Assembly: GCA_028286665.1 (NCBI GenBank)
Contig: JAQBRD010000016.1
Coordinates: 1 to 59,784 of the forward strand
Reading direction: 5' to 3'
Length of the DNA: 59,784 nucleotides
Origin: Candidatus Tayloriibacteriota bacterium
Lineage (GTDB): Bacteria; Patescibacteriota; Minisyncoccia; Phycocordibacterales; PALSA-1337
Shown: in pieces, positions 27,872-36,400 of the stretch
How the letters are laid out: each line of letters starts with the position of its first letter
Position numbering within the stretch: position 1 is the first letter of the stretch
The notes under the pieces: generated by a model
What the model saw: only the letters and a program-made list of their open reading frames with translations
The model's database searches: none
What the model was told of the DNA's origin: nothing
Translations under genes and position numbers: made by a program

Positions 27872-27908
27872 ATGCCCTTCCGTTCAATTCGGAAGGGCAT
27901 GTTTTTTT
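27872..27908 (+). terminator. rho-independent terminator
   Basis: ATGCCCTTCCGttcaattCGGAAGGGCATgttttttt: 11-bp stem plus T7. Confidence 0.8.
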
Positions 27909-27934
27909 GAATGGTATTGATTCGAGCGACTGAG

Positions 27935-29626
27935 TTATGCTGCCGCAAGTTCGACGATGAATGCAGAGCCCTTTCCTTCACCTTCTGATTCAGCCCAGAT
28001 CTTTCCATGATGCGCGAGGACTACGTCCTTCGCGACGAAGAGTCCGAGGCCGGTGCCGTGGATATTCACCGCACTTGCGTTATTCGCTCGGCTGAATTTA
28101 TTGAAAAGCTTCGGCATAACTTCGGGAGCGATGCCGACGCCGTTGTCCTTCACCATGAAGCGGATCGTCGCTCCCGGTCCTGCGGGCAAAGCTATCCTCT
28201 CCAATGAGACATTCACGAAGCCCTTCGGCGTGTACTTCAGCGAATTGTCGATGACGTTGGCAAGCACCTGCTTGAATTTGTCCCGGTCGGCGCTCACGAT
28301 GTAGTCGCCCGGATCTGCTGAGAATGAGAAAGCGACGTCTTTCTTTGCGTCGATGTTTGGCCTCAATTCGCCGATGACTGATTTCACGAGCTCGTTGAGA
28401 TCGAGCTTGTCGAGTGTATATTTCATCGTGCCGAGCTCGATGCGCGAGACGTTCAGGTAATCGTCGACGATGTTTGTAAGCGTCTTCGATGATTCGAAGA
28501 TTCGGGAGACTGCCTCTCGCAGCGGATCTCCCATGGTTCCGAGATCTCCCTCGAGTATCATGGATGCGTAGCCCTTCATCGCCGTGAGCGGCGCCCGGAG
28601 CTGATGCGTGGCGAATGAGACGAACTCCGACTTCTGCTTGTCGAGCTCGGTGAGGCGGTTATTTGCTTTCTGGAGGCCTGTTGCGAGTTGCTCGATCTTC
28701 TCACGCTGCTCGACTTCGCGTTTGACGCTGCGAACGAGAAATACGCCGCTTATCAGGAATGTGATGAAAGTTATCGTTGTGAGCACCACGTCGAGTACGC
28801 TTGATGGGAAGAAAAGCTGCGCACCAATGAGGATCGCCGTACCGGTGATAAGGGCTTGGGTGGCGAGAAGCTTGATATTGAAGGTCTTGAACTTCACGAT
28901 GCTGTAGATGAGGAATCCGAAAAATACCGGCATCGTGAAGAGGCCTATCTGGGCATATGTCCAATCCTCAGTGGAGCTGCTTATGATATTGCCGATAGAG
29001 AAGCAGAGGAGAAGCGCAATTATGCCCGTAGAAAGCATTATGATTTCCCTCCTACCTCCCGTTTTCTCCTTGATTACTTCCTTTACTGAAAAATACAATA
29101 TCCAGAGAAGATAGAAGAGTTCTACTCCATACGTATAATAAAGAGCTATCGGTCCTTCTTCGCTCAGGCAGCTTCCGGTATTGAATCCTGACAATGTCAA
29201 ACTTGTTGGCACGAGGATGACTATTGGCAAGTATACGAGAGCGATCAGCAGTTTCTTTTTGAATGTAATGTCTCGCTTTTTTACGAGGACATCAATCAAG
29301 TAAAGAGCGCTGATATAAATAAGCGGTTCGACAAGGATCTGGAGCGACCAGACGAACATGATTACATCGCCTCTGTTGCTTGCCCAGAAAATAGAATCCA
29401 GGAAAACCCACGCCGAGAATGCGAGCGTAAGGCTAAAAAGAATCCTATTCGGCAAAGCTTTAGGATCCTTCAAGAGGATGAAGAGTCCGAGGAAGAATGA
29501 AATGATCGTGATTGGCAGATGCGAATAATAGACGAGCGGAGGAACTTTGTCTGCAAACAAGAACAGATGCGGAGTTGGATCGCTGCAAAAACCTGGGTTT
29601 GAAAAAAAGCTATTGATGAAATTCAT
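27935..29626 (-). CDS. sensor histidine kinase with polytopic N-terminal membrane domain
   Basis: About 7 predicted TM segments. H-box SFATHQLRAPLTAMKGY. ATPase boxes DNSLKYT, VKDNGVGI, GTGLGLFVAKDVV. No adjacent response regulator. Confidence 0.92.
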   Translation of the reverse strand: MNFINSFFSNPGFCSDPTPHLFLFADKVPPLVYYSHLPITIISFFLGLFILLKDPKALPNRILFSLTLAFSAWVFLDSIFWASNRGDVIMFVWSLQILVEPLIYISALYLIDVLVKKRDITFKKKLLIALVYLPIVILVPTSLTLSGFNTGSCLSEEGPIALYYTYGVELFYLLWILYFSVKEVIKEKTGGRREIIMLSTGIIALLLCFSIGNIISSSTEDWTYAQIGLFTMPVFFGFLIYSIVKFKTFNIKLLATQALITGTAILIGAQLFFPSSVLDVVLTTITFITFLISGVFLVRSVKREVEQREKIEQLATGLQKANNRLTELDKQKSEFVSFATHQLRAPLTAMKGYASMILEGDLGTMGDPLREAVSRIFESSKTLTNIVDDYLNVSRIELGTMKYTLDKLDLNELVKSVIGELRPNIDAKKDVAFSFSADPGDYIVSADRDKFKQVLANVIDNSLKYTPKGFVNVSLERIALPAGPGATIRFMVKDNGVGIAPEVMPKLFNKFSRANNASAVNIHGTGLGLFVAKDVVLAHHGKIWAESEGEGKGSAFIVELAAA

Positions 29627-29696
29627 AGTTGGTTTCTTGGGTTTGCTGCTCTATCTGATTGTGGTATGATGCTCGTATAATATAAACAATATTACC

Positions 29697-30086
29697 ATGT
29701 TACGCGTAAAGACAAAAATCGGAAAAAGCGCAATTGAGGGCATAGGACTGATAGCCGATCAGTTCATTCCGAAAGGAACGATAACTTGGCAATATGATCC
29801 TCGTTTCGATATTTCGTATGATGAAAATGAATTGAAGGAGTTGCCTGATTTTCTTCAAAGCCAATTTTCAAAATATTCTTATTTCGATCATGATCTGAAG
29901 AAATACATACTATGCTCCGATGATCAGAGATTTATTAATCATTCAGATGCTCCGAATGTCAAATCGACCCCTGAGAAAGATGTGTCCGTACAGGATATTC
30001 AGCCTGGAGAAGAGATTACCTGCGATTATACCCACTATGAGCATGACTGGTTTGAGCGTCGAGGAATAAAGAAAGGCTTCAAATAG
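29697..30086 (+). CDS. minimal SET-domain protein (putative protein lysine methyltransferase)
   Basis: GIGLIADQFIPKGT, RFINHSDAPNV and GEEITCDYTHY are SET-domain core motifs. 129 aa. Confidence 0.8.
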   Translation: MLRVKTKIGKSAIEGIGLIADQFIPKGTITWQYDPRFDISYDENELKELPDFLQSQFSKYSYFDHDLKKYILCSDDQRFINHSDAPNVKSTPEKDVSVQDIQPGEEITCDYTHYEHDWFERRGIKKGFK

Positions 30087-30693
30087 ATTGTTTCTTTGCA
30101 AATTTCCTTCTAATAATAGGCATGTACAGGAATAAAGTAACGATTCCATTGACAATCAATAGGTAAAGCGGATAAAAGGCTATAGAGAATGTCCATTTCT
30201 CTATAGCGAAGATATTCAAAGCTCCTGAAAATGATTCGAGCGTCCAAGCGGCACGATCCTCACCTTCGGGTCTGAGATACGATTTCTTGATAGTAGGGAT
30301 AAGTCCTAGAAAATCCATGACTATGTTGGTCACCAGCGCGATCTGAGCTGATCGGAATATAGCCCAGACGGAGGCGCTGATTATCGCACTCGCTAGGCAC
30401 CATTTATCGAGGCGTTCCCATTTCCCTTCTCCATACTTGAGCGAAAGTATGGAGATTATCAATGGGCCAAGCACGTAGCTTAAGGCTACCCAGATTGTAT
30501 CCCTCGCTCCGCTTGCGTAATAACTGCTGGCGATCATTATTCCCACAAGTGTCAATATCCACCAGGTTGATCGGCTTGGCTTCGTCCTGCCCTTGACCGT
30601 GGAAATCATATACAGAACGTATGCGCTGAATGAAATACAGCCAGCGACGATTCCGAGCACCGGACTAATTTGCGGCAGCATCAGAACTTTCAA
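30079..30693 (-). CDS. hypothetical polytopic membrane protein
   Basis: About 6-7 hydrophobic segments. The ORF opens with TTG 30693, and the first ATG is at 30681. Its 3' end overlaps the SET gene by 8 nt (convergent). Confidence 0.6.
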   Translation of the reverse strand: MKVLMLPQISPVLGIVAGCISFSAYVLYMISTVKGRTKPSRSTWWILTLVGIMIASSYYASGARDTIWVALSYVLGPLIISILSLKYGEGKWERLDKWCLASAIISASVWAIFRSAQIALVTNIVMDFLGLIPTIKKSYLRPEGEDRAAWTLESFSGALNIFAIEKWTFSIAFYPLYLLIVNGIVTLFLYMPIIRRKFAKKQSI

Positions 30694-30799
30694 TTATCGG
30701 ATAATCCTTGGATATAACGGTTCTGTAAAACGTAAAGCAAATAGAAAGTGCTATGAGTATGAGGATGACTTTAATCAAAATTTTAGATTTTTTGTCCAT
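30665..30799 (-). CDS. possible 44-aa single-TM micro-protein
   Basis: MDKKSKILIKVILILIALSICFTFYRTVISKDYPIIESSDAAAN*. Its stop overlaps the start region of the downstream membrane protein. No SD. It falls below the ORF-track cutoff. Confidence 0.25.
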   Translation of the reverse strand: MDKKSKILIKVILILIALSICFTFYRTVISKDYPIIESSDAAAN

Positions 30800-30803
30800 A
30801 ATT

Positions 30804-31196
30804 CTAGTATATGTTACTTTCCGGATATCTGAGGCCGCGCTTGATGAAATTGAATTCGATGTCTTTCAGATCGAACTTTGATTTGAAGTATGCGAGGATC
30901 TTCTCGGTATCAAGGCCGTTCTGGCAGGTATATACGTCTGCGCTCACGAATCCTCGCGCTGGGAATGTGTGGATGCTGATATGGCTTTCTTCGATCACTA
31001 CGAATCCGCTCCAGCCGCCTGGGTCTTTCAGGTCGTTTCCTGGCGCAAAATAGATTTCAGGCGTTGAGAGCTTCTTCATTCCAAGGACGCCTGGAAGGTC
31101 GTTCACGCATGAAAATACGAGTTCCTTGTCGTTAAGCTTGTCCTTGTTCCCTTCATAGCCGTCGATGGTGAGATGTTCGCCGAAATGCATGTGCAT
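30804..31196 (-). CDS. speD: S-adenosylmethionine decarboxylase proenzyme (small, class-1 SpeD/SpeH type)
   Basis: Autoprocessing site and pyruvoyl motif VVIEESHISIHTFP. 130 aa. Confidence 0.9.
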   Translation of the reverse strand: MHMHFGEHLTIDGYEGNKDKLNDKELVFSCVNDLPGVLGMKKLSTPEIYFAPGNDLKDPGGWSGFVVIEESHISIHTFPARGFVSADVYTCQNGLDTEKILAYFKSKFDLKDIEFNFIKRGLRYPESNIY

Positions 31197-31222
31197 AGTA
31201 TAGCAGGAAAAATTCTTGATGC

Positions 31223-31252
31223 AAAAGAAAACTGCAGGATAGATCCTGCAGT
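31223..31252 (-). terminator. intrinsic terminator after 31284..31934 (minus strand)
   Basis: CTGCAGGAtagaTCCTGCAG hairpin with an A-rich run on the plus side, which is a U-run on the minus transcript. Confidence 0.65.
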
Positions 31253-31283
31253 TTCGCGTATTTAGGGGGCATCAACCCCACTC

Positions 31284-31934
31284 TTATCTGATTGTGCAAA
31301 CGGCGCAATCATCGCAGGCGCCTCCGCCTCTGCATCTGTCGCAATTAGCCTTCTTTCCTTCCCAATTCCCCGACAGCTTTCCGAATATCCGGCGGGCGAC
31401 GGGAGCGATCGGAGTCACTTTGGCCGCCTCGACCGCACGATTCTCCTTCGTGAACGGGTTGTGGTGGATGAAGTATCCGAAGTGCTCGTTGCAGAACTTC
31501 GCATACTCCCGGGTGAAGATGATGAACGTGTGCCACGCTTCATCGATCATGGGCGACGGAGAGTATCCGTGCTTTCCGGTGTTCGTCCCGCAGATATACA
31601 GGAACATGAGCATGTCCTTGAAGAGGCGGTTCGCCTCGCGTTTGGACAGCTTCAATTCCTCCTGGAGGCGTTCGACGAGCGGTGGAAAGCGATATGCCAT
31701 CACTTCCTCTCTCGAGCGCATCTCCTGGATCGGAGGCTTGTTGCTGGTTGTCTTGCCGTCGGTATAACATTTTCCGCAACTACTGCATCTGTCACTATGC
31801 GGCAACGCGCCTGATTTTTTCCCCGCACTTGGAGGCGGGCTCTTGCAGTCAGTGCTGCATATTGCGCCAGCCAGTGAGGGATTCCTTCGCACTCCTGCAT
31901 GCTGAGGCTTTCGCTCAGCTTGGATATTTTTCAT
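31284..31934 (-). CDS. Cys-rich protein of unknown function, paralogue A (D..WH...Y..FC....G.FIHH.P core)
   Basis: ATG 31934 is preceded by the AGAGGA SD (the ORF opens at 31988). The core is about 60% identical by eye to 32664..33233. Cys clusters: CSTDC, CSSCGKC, CDRCRGGGACDDCAVC. Confidence 0.7.
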   Translation of the reverse strand: MKNIQAERKPQHAGVRRNPSLAGAICSTDCKSPPPSAGKKSGALPHSDRCSSCGKCYTDGKTTSNKPPIQEMRSREEVMAYRFPPLVERLQEELKLSKREANRLFKDMLMFLYICGTNTGKHGYSPSPMIDEAWHTFIIFTREYAKFCNEHFGYFIHHNPFTKENRAVEAAKVTPIAPVARRIFGKLSGNWEGKKANCDRCRGGGACDDCAVCTIR

Positions 31935-32041
31935 TTGTTGTCCTCTCTTTGTTTCAGCAGAAAAATTCAATGACCGATCTACCTGCATTCCATCAAGGTT
32001 CTGCCTGTGAAAATAGTATTATAAAACTATGATTTGTCAAG

Positions 32042-32590
32042 TTACTTCTTGATGAGCACCACCTCAAATACATGCCAATATTTCAACCCTTCTTTAATGG
32101 TATCTCCCATTCCTTCGTATTGATTAAAATTGCGCAGCTTAGCATTGGGTATCTCTGAAACAAACTTTTTTATTTCTTCAAGATCCCATATATGCCAATT
32201 AGAACGATCTGCCCAAGCATCTCTGTCACCGATGACATTGAAGATGACAACTCCACCAGAAACGATACCATCAACCATATCCTGAATGACTTTTTTTGCA
32301 TCCTCCTTGGATAAAAATTGAAGTGAAAATGAAGCGATGATCAAGCTGTAGTAATTCTTCTTAATTGAAAAATGTTCAATTTTGCTCTCAAGCACTTCAA
32401 TGTTGGAGTTATTTTTTTTGATAGCGTCCAAAGATGATGATGCGTGGTCTACAGCCTGAACATCAAATCCTTCATCGGCTATAAACAAAGTATCAAATCC
32501 TTTGCCGCATCCCAAGTCTAAAGCAGCACCCTTTGGAGTGGCAAAAGAATTTTCCTTGATCAGTTTTGTTATGATGTATTTAAATGCCAT
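32042..32590 (-). CDS. class-I SAM-dependent methyltransferase (small, TehB-like size)
   Basis: Motif I ALDLGCGKGFDTLFIA, then DVQAVD and GGVVIF. The gene is visibly AT-rich. Confidence 0.85.
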   Translation of the reverse strand: MAFKYIITKLIKENSFATPKGAALDLGCGKGFDTLFIADEGFDVQAVDHASSSLDAIKKNNSNIEVLESKIEHFSIKKNYYSLIIASFSLQFLSKEDAKKVIQDMVDGIVSGGVVIFNVIGDRDAWADRSNWHIWDLEEIKKFVSEIPNAKLRNFNQYEGMGDTIKEGLKYWHVFEVVLIKK

Positions 32591-32663
32591 GTATTTGCTT
32601 AATTAAAAAGCTGGCTATTCTTTCTTCAAATAGCCAGCTTGTGAATTCGGTCCTCACTCGAAG

Positions 32664-33233
32664 TCATGGACAACCGCAGTTGCCATCGCATGTGCAGATA
32701 GCATAGCTATCCCCTTTTGAATTCCAGTTATCCGAGAGTTCTTTCCCGAAAACTCGGGCAGCAATCTTGCTGGCCGGCCTCGAATTTTTCACATCTTGTT
32801 CGCGGGTCTCCTTTGTGAAAGGGTTGTGATGAATGAAGAATCCGAAGTTTGTCTCGCAGAACTTGGCATATTCTTTCGTAAAGACGATAAAATTATGCCA
32901 CGCTTCGTCAATTTTCTTTGACGGAGAGAGTCCGAATTTGGTGGTGTTTGTTGCGCAGAGGTAAAGAAACTTCACCAAATCTGCTACCAACTCCTCAGCT
33001 TCCTTTTTGGAGATTTTGAGTTCTTCCTCCAATCTCTCCACTAAGGCTGGGAAACGGTAGGCAAGCACTTCCTGCTTGCTGCGCATTTCCTTAACGGGGG
33101 GTTTGGTAATTACCTGGCCGCAACCGCTTTGGCAATCATGGCAGGAACCTCCACCACACAACGCTGTTTTCTGCTTGATTTTACCATGAGCAGCTCTGGC
33201 TTCACCACTTAGTCCTAACAATGTGCTTTTCAT
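32664..33233 (-). CDS. Cys-rich protein of unknown function, paralogue B
   Basis: CGGGSCHDCQSGCG ... KPPVKEMRSKQEVLAYRFPALVERLEEELKISKKEA ... IDEAWHNFIVFTKEYAKFCETNFGFFIHHNPFTKE ... CTCDGNCGCP. Confidence 0.75.
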   Translation of the reverse strand: MKSTLLGLSGEARAAHGKIKQKTALCGGGSCHDCQSGCGQVITKPPVKEMRSKQEVLAYRFPALVERLEEELKISKKEAEELVADLVKFLYLCATNTTKFGLSPSKKIDEAWHNFIVFTKEYAKFCETNFGFFIHHNPFTKETREQDVKNSRPASKIAARVFGKELSDNWNSKGDSYAICTCDGNCGCP

Positions 33234-33440
33234 TTTTTCTAACCGATCTTGTTTCTTATAGAATCATGTTGAGAGGTCATATGTTCCCATCAACATTTCC
33301 ATAAGTCAGCGAAATTCGCTGAAAACTGCACCTGAAGCTGCTTATAAATAGCATGAGGTAAAGTTTCCAACGAATCTCTCTAGCTAAAGAATATAACAAA
33401 TTGACAACATGTCAAGGTCGCCTGTTGATAACATTATTGC

Positions 33441-36400
33441 CTAGATAACCACATTCACCAGCCTTCCCTTCACGATGATGACTTTCTTCACCGGCTTGTC
33501 GCCGATCCATTTCTTGATTTCAGAGATGGCGAGGGCGCGCGCTTCGAGGTCGGTGTTGCCGGCGTTCGTTTCGGATTCGAAGGTCGCGCGGACTTTGCCG
33601 TTCACCTGGACGATGATCTCGACGGTCGATTCGGCGAGCTTGGCTGCGTCGAAGACCGGCCACGCTGAAACATGGATCGATTCTTTGTGCTTCAATTTCG
33701 CCTGCCAGATCTCGTCGGCGACATGCGGTGCGAATGGCGCGAGGAGCTTGAGGAGCGTTTCATACTGGCCTTTCGATACCGTTGTCTCCCGCTCGAGCTC
33801 GTTCACTGCGATCATCATGGTGCTGATGGCCGTGTTGAAGCGCATCGCGTCGATGTCTTCGGTCACCTTCTTGATAGTCTTGTGGATGAGGGCCTCGATC
33901 TTCGCGGCGTTGCCTCCGATGATGATCTCAGCTGCGGTGACCTTCTCCTGAAGTCGCCAGACTCGCTCGATGAAGCGGCGGGAACCGATGGCGTTGTTCG
34001 TGCTCCACGCAGCCTGCTGGTCGAACGGACCGATGAACATTTCGTACACGCGGAGCGAGTCAGCCCCGATGTTCTTGATGATTTCATCCGGATTCACCAC
34101 ATTTCCCCATCGCTTGCTCATCTTGCGTCCGTCTTCGGCCATGATGAGGCCGACATGCTGGAGCTTCTTGAACGGCTCGATAGTCGTCACGACGCCGATG
34201 TCATAGAGGAACTTGTGCCAGAAGCGCGCATATATCAGATGTCGTGTCGCATGCTCAGCGCCGCCGACATAGAGGTCGACCGGTGCCCAGTAATGCTCTT
34301 TCTTCGAATCAGCGAAGGTTTTCTTGTTCTTCGGATCCATATAGCGGAGATAGTACCAGCATGAACCTGCCCATTGCGGCATGGTGTTGGTCTCGCGCTT
34401 GCCGAGACCTTTGCATTGCGGACATTTCACATTGACCCATTCTTCGATCGCGGCGAGCGGAGATTCGCCGGTGCCGGTCGGTTCGTAGAATTTCACCCGA
34501 GGGAGCTTCACCGGGAGATCTTTTTCAGGAACAGCGACGATGCCGCACTTCTCGCAGTGGATGATCGGGATAGGCTCGCCCCAATAGCGCTGGCGGGAGA
34601 AGACCCATGGTCGGAGCTTGTAATTCACTTTGCGCGTCGCGTAGCCCTTCTGCACGAGATGGTCGATGATGTCGCTGCGGACTTCTGACCATTCGCGTCC
34701 CGCGAATTCTGCGGGTTCAGTCAGGATGCCGTTCTTCACCGGAGGCTTGTCCTCGATGCCGTGCGCGCGGTTCCAAGCGATGACGAGCGCTTCTCGGTTG
34801 AGGAATTTCGACACTTCTTCAGACGAAAGCCACACTGCATCGTGCAGCGCTTTCTCCGATTCCGAGGTTTCCTTTCGATCTCCGTTCTTTAATTTGAAAA
34901 GAGCCGGCTGGAAATGCGCGAATCGATTCTCTTTCTTCACGATATGATAAAACTGCGCATGGAGCTTGCCGCCAAGGATCTTCACGAACTCAGGATTCGC
35001 ATACCCGGTCTCTTCGACTATCTCGCGGACGCCTGCAGCCGCAGGACCTTCATTGCCCTCGATGCCGCCGATGACGAAGCCCTTCCAGTCGACTGCCTTC
35101 GTGCTGAGGCAGAGATATTTGTCTTCTGACCAGTGCTTCACGACGCACATGACCGCATTTCGTTCTACATACGGAGCTTCCGGACGGACAGCATCTTCTC
35201 CTTCAGTGGTCTTGATGAGCTTCTCTGCGACCGGATGAAGCGGAAGATCGTATTTCTTTGCGAACGCATAGTCGCGCTCATCGTGCGCCGAGCAATTCAC
35301 CATGCCGGTGCCGTAGTCAGCCAAGACGTATGAAGCGATCCAGATCGGCAAGTCGCGACCGGTTCCTGCGAAATTCTCGATGTATCGGCCGGTGAACATC
35401 CCTTCCATGTCCTTGTCGATGTCGAAGCGGTTCGCGGCTTTCTTCGCCTTGATCTTCTCGACGAATTCGAGGACTGCCTTCTCGTTCTTCGTTCCCTTTA
35501 TGAGTTCAGCGACGAGCGGATGCTCAGGCGCGATGACGGTAAAAGTCTCCGCACAGTAGGTCTGAGGCACGGAGTTGTACATCTCGACGAGGATGCCGAG
35601 GTCTTTGATCTTGCACATGAAATTGACGCCTTCGCTGCGGCCGATCCAGTTCTTCTGGAGTTCCTTGATGGATTCGGGCCAGTCGAGGAGCGGCTTGTCG
35701 GCGGCTGCCTCTATCTTCGCGAGCTCCGCATCGCTCATATTGAGGCGCTGCATCCACACATCGAGCTCTGCGCAGGTAAAATTGTCGTGATTGAGCTTCT
35801 TCGGATCGAGCCAGACCGGCGCATGCTTCGCCTTCTCTTCGGCGCCGATCGGAGCCTGCGCATCGTCGATCAATTCGAAATGGATCGCATTCGAATATGC
35901 GACTCGGTTCTCGCCCTTGTGCGCTGCATAGTATTCGCCTTTGACGATGCCTCCGAGGACTCTGATGAATTTGAGATTCTTGTAGCCTGTCTCCTCGAGG
36001 ACTTCGCGGCGGGCTGCTTCGACGATATCCTCGCCTTCCTCAACGCCGCCGATGACGAAGCCTGTCCATGGGAATTTCTTCCACTTGATGCAGAGGATCT
36101 TGCCGTTCTTCGGATTCACGACGAGGGCATGAACGGTCTTTCGCTCGACCGATTTCTTGCCGGCGAGCGGCGGGTTCTTCCGGTCGACGAGATGCGGAAT
36201 ATCATCCCGATTCTTCGCATCGAGATCCTTGAGCATTCGATCTGCATAATCAGTGATCTTGAGGATCCACTGGCGCATCATTTTCTTCTCGACGGGCGTG
36301 CCGCAGCGTTCGCACTTGCCGTCCTCGACGTCTTCGTTCGCAAGGCCTGTCTTGTCGACTGGGCACCAGTTGATCGGCTCGAATGATTCGTATGCGAGCC

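Noticed and set aside
29640-33440. Calling the AT-rich island a mobile element or genomic island with defined borders.
   Set aside because: I could recognise no integrase, transposase, tRNA target or flanking direct or inverted repeats. It is reported only as a compositionally unusual accessory region.
34734-36221. LeuRS insertions as inteins or as a mobile-element insertion.
   Set aside because: There are no intein splice-junction residues or endonuclease blocks. Both inserts are in frame, carry complete Nudix boxes and sit at surface-loop positions flanking CP1.
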